Shown here piece after piece: positions 1-7,198 of a stretch of 64,000 nt of DNA; position 1 is the first letter of the stretch, and each line of letters begins with the position of its first letter. The notes beneath the pieces are model-generated. The model was given only the letters and a program-made list of their open reading frames with translations, was not told where the DNA came from and made no database searches. This stretch comes from Alphaproteobacteria bacterium (GTDB taxonomy: Bacteria; Pseudomonadota; Alphaproteobacteria; UBA828): assembly GCA_965220745.1 (NCBI GenBank), contig CBDCQT010000010.1:96001-160000 (forward strand), written 5' to 3'. The position numbers and the translations under genes are program-made.

Positions 1-159
1 CCGGCGCTCGTGGGCGTAGTGCTCGACGTTGCCGCGCCACTGGGCGGCACGACCGCGTGGGGTCTCGCTTTCCTTTCAATGGGATCGATGGCGCTGCTCG
101 GCTACGTTTTTTTCCTGCTGGTACGCCGACGCCCGGCTCATGGGTCGACCTGGGGATAG
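1..159 (+). CDS. C-terminal end of a membrane transporter, probably MFS (partial)
   Basis: Frame 1 reads PALVGVVLDVAAPLGGTTAWGLAFLSMGSMALLGYVFFLLVRRRPAHGSTWG*, resembling the last two TM helices of an MFS protein; not in the ORF track. Confidence 0.6.
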   Translation, partial: PALVGVVLDVAAPLGGTTAWGLAFLSMGSMALLGYVFFLLVRRRPAHGSTWG

Positions 160-474
160 ATCGCGACCAAACGCGCCGCTCCAATCCGAACCAAGATTTC
201 GCGAAAGCGTGAGGCTCTATGTCGATTTGGACATACCATTTTATCTGTTCTATATGGCTTATTTACATGATAATGGAGTGTTCTGCCGCCGGTATCCCTG
301 TCCTCGCTGGGCCGGTCGCAGCGTAGTCGCGGCGCCGCGTCCGATCCCGGGCCGGCGGCGGACAAGGCCCCGGTGCCGCTGGCGGCCACTGTTTGCCTCC
401 TGGGCTCTCGGCGGTCCGGTGGCGCCGGGGCCGGCTTTACTTGCTGGGGACATCCACTGCGCCCGCGACTCCGC

Positions 475-861
475 TCAGGCGCCCCCTCCCAGTAGATGTG
501 CGTTGATCTGATCGAGCTGCTTGTCGAGCCCGGCGATCATCTTGTCCATGCCGTCGAGGGTCGCGCGGAGCGCCGCGATCTCCCCCTGAACCGCCGTGAC
601 AGAGCGTCCGAGAGTTGCGAACTCACGGGCGTCGGGAAGGGATTCGAGCGCGGTGGAGAGCTTGACCAGACCGCGCTCGACGGTCTCCATGCGCGCGCCC
701 AGGGCGCCGACGCCGGTGTCGCGCCTCTCCAGGTCGCTGACGCTCTTGGTGGTAACGGCGCCGGCGGATTCGAGCCGGCGCACGCGCACGAAGAGGCCGA
801 CGCAGGCGGCGACGATGGCGCCGACCACGCCGCGCGCGACCCACGTCTCGAGATCGCTCAT
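475..861 (-). CDS. Mu-like prophage DUF2730-type membrane-anchored coiled-coil protein
   Basis: MSDLETW..., N-terminal TM followed by coiled coil ending 'LESLPDAREF...QINAHLL'; ATGA overlap with the holin stop; typical position after lysis genes in Mu-like phages. Confidence 0.7.
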   Translation of the reverse strand: MSDLETWVARGVVGAIVAACVGLFVRVRRLESAGAVTTKSVSDLERRDTGVGALGARMETVERGLVKLSTALESLPDAREFATLGRSVTAVQGEIAALRATLDGMDKMIAGLDKQLDQINAHLLGGGA

Positions 862-1388
862 CGACCGGCCGCCCCGCCCTCGCGCGAACGCCGCTTCTCG
901 ATCTGACGGGCGCCGAACCACCAGAGCATCGCGGCGGTGAAGAGATAGAGCACGGTCTCGACGATGCGGGGCCGGAGGCTTACGGCCGCGAGATCGGAGG
1001 CGCCGAGCAGGAAGTAGATCGCGCCCACGAGGGCGAAGAGGCTCCAGGTGAGCGCCGGCCGCGTGAGGCCCCGCACCACGTCGACGAGCTGCATGGCCCA
1101 GCCCTCGCCGGGTTTGGACCAGCGCCGGGCGGCTTCGCGGTAGGAAGCCTCCATGGCCTCCCACTCGGCCCGCTCGCGGGTGGCCTGAGCCTCGATGGCG
1201 GCATGGGCGGCCGCACCCTCTGCCTCGGCCTTGGCGAGCTCGATGTCGAGACGGCGCAGGTCCAGCTCCTGGGCGTGCCGCTGGCGCGACTGGAAGAAGT
1301 CGACCACGGCCGACAGCGCCGTGCCGAGCAGCCCGGTTGCGCCGCCGGTGAGCACCGAGACGCCGAAGTTGAAAAGCGTTTCAAGCAT
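858..1388 (-). CDS. Holin-like protein (3TM / GTA-holin type)
   Basis: N-terminal hydrophobic segment, charged middle, 'VRGLTRPALTW' and C-terminal 'WWFGARQIEKRR' motifs; GGAG RBS. Confidence 0.7.
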   Translation of the reverse strand: MLETLFNFGVSVLTGGATGLLGTALSAVVDFFQSRQRHAQELDLRRLDIELAKAEAEGAAAHAAIEAQATRERAEWEAMEASYREAARRWSKPGEGWAMQLVDVVRGLTRPALTWSLFALVGAIYFLLGASDLAAVSLRPRIVETVLYLFTAAMLWWFGARQIEKRRSREGGAAGR

Positions 1389-1854
1389 GGGACTCTCCTA
1401 TGCGCCCTACCGCTTCGCTACTTGAGGGCGGGTTGATCTCCAGTTCGAAGGGTTGGTCCGCGGCCCAGTCCATGAGGTGGCGGAAGGCCGTGCGCGAGGC
1501 GAGCACCGCCACCTGCTGGCGCCCCTTCACGCTCAACCGCCCCCGGCGGAGACCGGGGAGCAGGCAGCCCTGGGTGTGGGTATGCCAGCCGCGCTCGACG
1601 TCGCCGCCGAGATTGCCGGCGTGGAAGAGGATGTAGCTGCGGCCCGGTACCTGAGTCACCAGCAGGCAGCGCCGGTGGCGCGGCGAAAGGTGCGGCACCA
1701 CCTCGTAGAGCCCGGCCGGGATGCAGGAGCGGTTGCGCCGGTTGCCGCGCCAGGGCGGTTCCATGATCCAGGTGGGCGAGAGGCCGGGGCCGCTCAGGAC
1801 CCCGAGTGTGCCCTGGTCGCTTTCGTGCCGCCGTGTGAGGGTCGCCCGTTGCAT
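1381..1854 (-). CDS. DUF5675-family protein, putative phage endolysin/peptidoglycan enzyme
   Basis: 'TLGVL...MEPPWRGNRRNRSCIPAGLY...VPGRSYILFHAGN...TQGCLLPG' pattern; lies next to a holin; start at ATG 1854. Confidence 0.75.
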   Translation of the reverse strand: MQRATLTRRHESDQGTLGVLSGPGLSPTWIMEPPWRGNRRNRSCIPAGLYEVVPHLSPRHRRCLLVTQVPGRSYILFHAGNLGGDVERGWHTHTQGCLLPGLRRGRLSVKGRQQVAVLASRTAFRHLMDWAADQPFELEINPPSSSEAVGRIGESHA

Positions 1855-1906
1855 GGGGCGATCATGGCGGGGTGCGCCCCGCCCGTGCACCGCACCATGG
1901 TCCGGG
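1852..1906 (-). promoter_or_regulatory. Putative Mor/C-activated late promoter, copy 1 (lysis operon)
   Basis: Minus strand CCCGGACCATGGTGCGGTGCAC-N18-CATGAT-N6-ATG; same spacing as the copies at 19861 and 21323. Confidence 0.75.
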
Positions 1907-1937
1907 TTCTACCGACCGCGTGCGCGTCGCCTTGCGG

Positions 1938-2480
1938 TCAGTCTACCAACCACTTCTTGCGCCAGAACTCGATCGCGTTGAGCGCCATGGTCGGGCCGAT
2001 AAGGTCGGGTGAGGCGCCGAGCGCCATGCGGCGCGGCGGGGGCGTGTCCGCGCCTTCCCAGGGTAACGGGCCCTCCCAGACGATCTTGTTCTCGATCGCG
2101 TAGAGCGCACAGTCGGGCCGCGCGGCGGGGTAAGCCTTCGCAACAGCCTCGCGGCACTGCTTGAGCGCCCGGTGCTCGTATTGGACATCCCTGATCGGCC
2201 CGGCCCAGATGTGGTCGAGGAGATGGCAGCCGCCTGTCGCGCAATAGACGTACCAGCCGCCCCGCCCGTTGCGGTCGAGCGCGAGCACGGCGTAGCCGCC
2301 GGGCCGCGCATGGCGCAGGTAGTCGCCCCACCACGCCGTGAACCAGGCGGGCGCACCGGCATGCAGCGCATCCGCGGAGGCTGCGGTGGCGCGAATCTTG
2401 TGGCCCTCGACGTGCGTGATCGGCGTGCAGGCGGCGAGCGCGACGGCCGCCAGAACGCCGATCAGAGCTGCGCGGCGCAT
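1938..2480 (-). CDS. Lipoprotein of unknown function, translationally coupled to the repressor
   Basis: MRRAALIGVLAAVALAAC lipobox; TGATG overlap with the repressor stop. Confidence 0.7.
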   Translation of the reverse strand: MRRAALIGVLAAVALAACTPITHVEGHKIRATAASADALHAGAPAWFTAWWGDYLRHARPGGYAVLALDRNGRGGWYVYCATGGCHLLDHIWAGPIRDVQYEHRALKQCREAVAKAYPAARPDCALYAIENKIVWEGPLPWEGADTPPPRRMALGASPDLIGPTMALNAIEFWRKKWLVD

Positions 2481-3382
2481 CACTCGAAGGTGCGAGAGGC
2501 CCAGCGCACCTCGCCGATCACCTCCGCCTCCCGCGGCCACGGCACCGGCTGCCAGGACGGGTGATCGCTCGCGAGGAACCATTGCCGGCCGCGCCGCTCC
2601 AGCCGCTTCACGACCAGGCCCTCGCCGGTGGTGACCACGAAGATGCGCCCGGAACGGCGGCGGGTGCGGTCGCGGTCCACCAGGATCTTGGAGCCGGCCG
2701 GCAGCGTGGGCTCCATCGACTCGCCCCGCACCGAAATCACCACGCAGCGCGTCGGGTCGATGCCTTGGCCATCGAGCCAGTCACGGCGGAACCAGACCGG
2801 ACCCTTGACCGGTGCATCGTCGAGATTGACCGTGCCGCCGCCTGCCGCCGCTGCGACCTCGCGCGTCCCCACCGAGCGCGCGCCGGGCGGCACGCCGTTC
2901 TCGTTCGCTGCAGCGACCGGCCGGGCGTCGGAGTCGGTGAAGCCCGCCACAGGGGGCGCGCCCAGCTCCTCCGGGATCGGGTCGCCGCCAGCGTCTGCGA
3001 CGAGCCCCACCAGCGCCCGGACCGGCCCCTCCAGGCTGAATATCGGCACCGCCGGCGGGGCTGCCGGCAATGCACCGCCCCACTCCGTACCCGTCAATTC
3101 CGACAGTGCTCCCGCTCCCCCCAGGCCGACCTCGTCGTCCTCATCGTTGGCGCGCGCATCGGCAGGCGGACCGATCGAAAGTGTGAGCCCGAGCGCAGCA
3201 CAGATCTCGGCCGCGCGGTCCACCGAGGGCGCCTGTTGGCGGGTCGGGTCCAGAATTCCCCGCAGCGTCCAGGGCCGGAGCCCGCGGGCCGCCTCGAAGC
3301 GCCGCGCGCCCACGCCGGCGGCCGCCAGCGCCTCGCGCACGGCACGGCGGATCTGCTCGCTCGGTCGAGTCGATTCGTTCAT
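2480..3382 (-). CDS. CI-like phage repressor (N-terminal HTH plus S24 peptidase)
   Basis: 'VRGESMEPTL' catalytic Ser, 'VVKRL' Lys, 'AAAGGG' cleavage-site region, 'EVIGEVRW' C-terminus; divergent from a small cro-like gene. Confidence 0.9.
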   Translation of the reverse strand: MNESTRPSEQIRRAVREALAAAGVGARRFEAARGLRPWTLRGILDPTRQQAPSVDRAAEICAALGLTLSIGPPADARANDEDDEVGLGGAGALSELTGTEWGGALPAAPPAVPIFSLEGPVRALVGLVADAGGDPIPEELGAPPVAGFTDSDARPVAAANENGVPPGARSVGTREVAAAAGGGTVNLDDAPVKGPVWFRRDWLDGQGIDPTRCVVISVRGESMEPTLPAGSKILVDRDRTRRRSGRIFVVTTGEGLVVKRLERRGRQWFLASDHPSWQPVPWPREAEVIGEVRWASRTFE

Positions 3383-3456
3383 GTGCACAATATAGCACAA
3401 ACGGTTGTGCATAAAAGTGCTTGATATCGTCATGTGTGATCGTGCATATATGTCTT
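3383..3456. promoter_or_regulatory. cI/cro divergent promoter-operator region
   Basis: AT-rich; palindrome GCACAA-ACGG-TTGTGC (3395-3410) and repeated GTGCA half-sites; CTTGAT...CATATA-N6-ATG rightward and TATATT-N6-ATG leftward. Confidence 0.7.
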
Positions 3457-3708
3457 ATGGTGCACAGTGACCAACTGCTCGTTACCCTCATCCACGCCTT
3501 TGCGGACGCCCGCAGCCTCTCCGTCTCCTACGCGTCGCGCCTCTTGACCGGCAGCGGCGACACGGTCGACCGCGTCACCGCCGGCGCGAGCATCACCGCG
3601 CGCCGTGCCGAGACCATCCTCCGCCGCGCCTCGCAGAACTGGCCCGCCGATCGCGCCTGGCCGGCGGACATTCCCCGCCCCGCGCCCGCGCCGAAAACCA
3701 ATAAGTAA
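3457..3708 (+). CDS. Cro/Ner-like small phage regulator
   Basis: 83 aa, divergent from cI; 'SQNWPADRAWPADIPRP' C-terminus as in alphaproteobacterial Mu-like phage Cro-like proteins. Confidence 0.7.
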   Translation: MVHSDQLLVTLIHAFADARSLSVSYASRLLTGSGDTVDRVTAGASITARRAETILRRASQNWPADRAWPADIPRPAPAPKTNK

Positions 3709-3730
3709 TGGATTTGAAAGGGAGAACCCA

Positions 3731-4276
3731 ATGGCCGGAACCCATGCGCCACCAGTGACCTCTATGGAGGACATCGTCGCCTTCGCCCGGAGCTTCGCCG
3801 CTGCGCGGGCGACGACCGAGGCGCTGGCCGAAGACATCAAGGCGTTGCAACGCAAGGCCCTGGCTGGCCGGCTTCGTGCGCTGCGTAACCGCATTGCCGA
3901 GCAGTCGGCATCCGAAGACGCGCTGCGCACCGCAATCCTGGCCCGGCCGGACCTCTTCGTCAGCCCGCGCACGATTACGGTGGACGGCATCAGGCTCGGG
4001 CTCCGCAAGCAGCCCGGCGCCATTTCGCTGGACGACGAGGCGCTGACCATCGAGCGGCTGCGCGCGCGCTTTCCAGACCAAGCCGAGGCGCTGATCCGGG
4101 TCAAGGAGACGCTCGACCGCAGCGCGCTCCGCAAGCTCCCTGCGGGCGAGCTCGCGCAGATCGGCGTCACCATCGCGAAGGCGTCCGACGAAGTGACCAT
4201 TGTCGCCGCGCAAGGCGATCTCGACCGCATCGTCGCCGCCTTGCTGGACGACCACGCACCGGCGGAGGCGGCATGA
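3731..4276 (+). CDS. Mu Gam-like host-nuclease inhibitor (DNA end protection)
   Basis: Coiled-coil N-terminus, then 'PDLFVSPRTITVDGIRLGLRKQPG...LIRVKETLDRSAL...IGV'; GGGAGA RBS. Confidence 0.75.
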   Translation: MAGTHAPPVTSMEDIVAFARSFAAARATTEALAEDIKALQRKALAGRLRALRNRIAEQSASEDALRTAILARPDLFVSPRTITVDGIRLGLRKQPGAISLDDEALTIERLRARFPDQAEALIRVKETLDRSALRKLPAGELAQIGVTIAKASDEVTIVAAQGDLDRIVAALLDDHAPAEAA

Positions 4277-4902
4277 GGAGCGGACGCCAGCGCACCATGC
4301 GGCGGGAGGAGGCGCGGCCGGCGGCAGTGCCGGGCGCCCGCGCCCGCGCCGAGCGGCTGTGGGACGAAACGATCGTGCAGCCCTACGCAGCCGAGAGCGA
4401 TGCGAGCGAATCAAACGGCGCTCCCCTCCCTTCCGGGCCGGCGACGCGCAAGCTGCGGGCGCTCTGGCACAGCGCGTACCACCTGGGCCTGATCCACGAC
4501 CGCTCGGACGACGCGCTCGGTGCTTGGCTCCGTCGCCTCGCGCACCTCGATGGGAACGCCTGCGCCGAACCGGCCCGCCTCGACCGCCCCATCCAGGCAC
4601 TCAAGGCCTGGCTCGCGCGCGGCGCCGGGGTGGACTGGCGGCCGCACGTCTCCCTCGGGCAGGACGGGCGGGTGCGGGAGACGCGCCGCCCGCGGGCGCG
4701 CGTTCTGGAGGCGCAGTGGCGCCTGCTGCATCGCCAGGGGCGGGTGCGGATCGGAAGTGACGCGGCTCTCGGCGCCTACGCCGCCCGCCTTGTCGGCCTG
4801 GGCCGCACTGATTCGCATCTCGCTCTCAGCAACGCTCAGACCGATGCCCTGATCCGCCACTTCGGCAAGTGCATCCGCGCGGCGAGCGAACGCCATGACT
4901 GA
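4273..4902 (+). CDS. Mu GemA/gp16 (DUF1018)-like protein
   Basis: 'RKLRALWHSAYHLGLIHDRSDDALGAWLRR...IQALKAWLAR'; overlaps gam (ATGA) and mor. Confidence 0.75.
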   Translation: MRSGRQRTMRREEARPAAVPGARARAERLWDETIVQPYAAESDASESNGAPLPSGPATRKLRALWHSAYHLGLIHDRSDDALGAWLRRLAHLDGNACAEPARLDRPIQALKAWLARGAGVDWRPHVSLGQDGRVRETRRPRARVLEAQWRLLHRQGRVRIGSDAALGAYAARLVGLGRTDSHLALSNAQTDALIRHFGKCIRAASERHD

Positions 4903-5242
4903 TGCCGCGCCTCTCCCCGGCGTGCTGGAGGAGATTGCGGATATCGCGGGCAGGCCGACGGCGATCGCGATGGCGCTGGCCTGGGGCGGGCGGGAGGTTC
5001 ACATCCCCAAACCGCGCTATCTGGCGCGACACCCCGACCACCCCCTCGCCCGCCTGCTGGAGGCCGAGGGGACCGCGTTCCAGGTCGCCGACTATCTCGG
5101 CGGTTCCGGCGTCTACCTGCCGCGGGCGCGCCGTGCCTGCGCCGTCCACCTCGCCGCCGCCGGCGCGACCGCCGTCGAGATCGCGGCGCGCCTCTCCCTC
5201 TCCCCCAGCGCGGCGCGGCGCTACATCAGGGGCGTGTCCTGA
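4895..5242 (+). CDS. Mor/C-family phage transcription activator
   Basis: 'LPGVLEEIADIAGRPTAIAMALAWGGREVHIPK...YLGGSGVYLP' plus C-terminal HTH 'AVEIAARLSLSPSAARRY'; follows gemA as in Mu. Confidence 0.8.
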   Translation: MTDAAPLPGVLEEIADIAGRPTAIAMALAWGGREVHIPKPRYLARHPDHPLARLLEAEGTAFQVADYLGGSGVYLPRARRACAVHLAAAGATAVEIAARLSLSPSAARRYIRGVS

Positions 5243-5456
5243 GGCAGCCGCCGCGCGCATGAGTGCTATGCTTGAGAGGTAGCCCGTCCGGCGTTGCACA
5301 TTAGTCGCGTCATAACCACATCACGGGTGGCGGCGCAGTGCCCACATTCCCGCGTGGGAGCGGGCCGTGCCGCCACAGAGTCAACAAGGGCCACGCACCA
5401 GCGAGAGGTCCATCGAGCGGCAGCCACCGCAGCCCGGTCAGAAAAGGAACGTCGTC

Positions 5457-5951
5457 ATGTCCCAGACATTGCACCCCACGAAGATCGACATTGCCGACAA
5501 CACGCGTGCCGCGATGGTCGCGCTGCTCAACGCCCGCCTGGCTGACGCGGTGGACCTCGCCACCCAGATGAAGCAGGCCCATTGGAACGTGAAGGGCCCC
5601 TCCTTCATCGCGCTGCACGAGCTCTTCGACGCGATCCACGTGGCGGTTCAGGGCCATGTCGACAACCTCGCGGAGCGCATTACGGTGCTGGGCGGCACCG
5701 CGCGGGGAACTGCGGCCGTGGCCGCGGCGGCCTCAGGGCTCCCCGCCTATCCGCTGGAGATCACGGCGGGCACCGACCACGTGGAGGCCGTGAGCGTGGC
5801 GCTGGCCACCTTCGGCAAGGGCATCCGCGCCGCCATCGCCGAAGCGGGCGATGCCGGTGATGCCGACACCGAGGACCTGTTCGTCGAGGTCTCGCGCGAC
5901 ATCGACAAGAACCTCTGGCTGGTCGAGGCCCACGCCCAGGCGCAACGCTAG
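5457..5951 (+). CDS. dps: DNA starvation/stationary-phase protection protein Dps
   Basis: 'KQAHWNVKGPSFIALHELFD...DNLAERI...DKNLWLVEAH'. Confidence 0.95.
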   Translation: MSQTLHPTKIDIADNTRAAMVALLNARLADAVDLATQMKQAHWNVKGPSFIALHELFDAIHVAVQGHVDNLAERITVLGGTARGTAAVAAAASGLPAYPLEITAGTDHVEAVSVALATFGKGIRAAIAEAGDAGDADTEDLFVEVSRDIDKNLWLVEAHAQAQR

Positions 5952-6021
5952 AGCACGACCTGATGGGATCGCATCCGCTCGTTGCGCGGCACGCTTCTTG
6001 CATGCAGCGTGACCCGAGAAC

Positions 6022-6068
6022 CCCCCACCTCACCCCGGCCCTCTCCGCCCCCAGGGGCGGAGAGGGAG
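6022..6068. repeat. REP-like palindromic element (CCTCACCCCGGCCCTCTCC...GGAGAGGG)
   Basis: Hairpin CCCTCTCCGCCCC-CA-GGGGCGGAGAGGG; the left part recurs at about 12412-12434. Confidence 0.65.
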
Positions 6069-6328
6069 AGTAAGCCGGCGCCGCCTGGAATCCCGCCTGT
6101 CTCACTTATCTCACTTATCCCACTGGTCTCACCGAATCCCGGCGAATCCCGCCTGAACTTTTGGCGTGCCCGTCTCACGCGGGAGAGCGCGATGCCGCGT
6201 GGGACGCGACTCTCTTTCCTCGCTGACGCTGCCGGTAGCGATCCCGCTGCCAGCGAAGAGCGGTTGACTTGGCGCCGCCCGATGCGTCAGGATTTTACCC
6301 AGAGTGAAATCAGGGGGCGCCTCGGGAG

Positions 6329-6949
6329 ATGGCCAAGAGTTCGGCGAAGGCACAGTCGGCGGAGGCGGATGCCCCCTTGGGAAAGCGGCTGCGCGACCGC
6401 CGCCAGCAGCTCGGGCTGACCCTCAAGCAGGTCGCCGACGGGGCCGGGCTTTCGGTCGGCTTCATCTCCCAGATTGAACGAGGACTAAACGCGCCCTCGC
6501 TTTCGTCGCTTGCCGCCATCTCCGGCGTGCTGGGCACGCACGTCACCGAGTTTCTCGCCCCGCCGCGCCCCGATGCGCCGTTTACGCTGATGGGAGAGCG
6601 GCCGAGCTTCACCATTGAGAAGCTCGCGCTCCGCTACGAGCGCATTTCGGCGTCCTTCCCCGGCAGCGTTCTCAACTGCGTCATCATCCACAAGCCGCCG
6701 GGTCATCGCTCCGAATGGATACGGCACGAGGGCGAGGAGCTGTTCTACATCCTGGAAGGAGCCATCACGGTGGAGACCGAGGACGAGAGCACCGTGCTCG
6801 AGGCCGGCTCCTCCATCCATTTCAAGTCCACGCGGCGGCATTCGAGCTGGAACCACGGCACGTCGACGGCCGTGATTCTGCACGTCTGCACATCGGACAT
6901 TTTTGGGGACCACAACAGGCGGCCACAGGCGGCCGAGATCGAAGAGTGA
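6329..6949 (+). CDS. XRE-family regulator with cupin domain
   Basis: HTH 'LTLKQVADGAGLSVGFISQIERG', cupin 'HEGEELFYILEG...IHFKSTRRHSSWN'. Confidence 0.92.
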   Translation: MAKSSAKAQSAEADAPLGKRLRDRRQQLGLTLKQVADGAGLSVGFISQIERGLNAPSLSSLAAISGVLGTHVTEFLAPPRPDAPFTLMGERPSFTIEKLALRYERISASFPGSVLNCVIIHKPPGHRSEWIRHEGEELFYILEGAITVETEDESTVLEAGSSIHFKSTRRHSSWNHGTSTAVILHVCTSDIFGDHNRRPQAAEIEE

Positions 6950-6997
6950 GACTAGTGACCCGTTCGAGAAGTTTCTATTTGTCCACGCCGCCCCTCA

Positions 6998-7106
6998 CGT
7001 CATGGCCGGGCTTGTCCCGGCCATCCACGTGTTTTTCGTGCGGCAGGGGCAAAGAACGTGGATGCCCGGAACACCCCCGGACTTGATCCGGGGGCCGGGC
7101 ATGACG
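6998..7106. repeat. Alphaproteobacterial REP-like nested palindrome (GTCATGGCCGGGCTTGTCCCGGCCATCCACG...CGTGGATGCCCGG...CCGGGCATGAC)
   Basis: Inverted termini CGTCATG/CATGACG with internal hairpins; extra CCCCCGGACTTGATCCGGGGG hairpin in the right arm. Confidence 0.75.
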
Positions 7107-7198
7107 ACGTGAGAGAGAGGCGCGGTTGTTGAGATCGCTCTCCGGCATGACCGTATGCGAATTAACTTCAAAAGCAGGAGACAAGGGAGAACCATGAC

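Noticed and set aside
259-453. ORF MSPASKAG... after the DUF2730-like gene, as a possible Mu gp26/gp27 remnant
   Set aside because: Position fits but the sequence is low-complexity and lacks recognisable motifs
4291-4304. CGCACCATG half-match to the late-promoter dyad
   Set aside because: Right half is missing, it lies inside gemA, and the -10/ATG spacing is absent
160-5330. Mu-type TG...CA ends with a 5-bp target duplication around the phage module
   Set aside because: No repeated transposase-binding sites or flanking duplication found by eye
6101-6124. Short tandem CTCACTTAT x2
   Set aside because: Too short to assign any function
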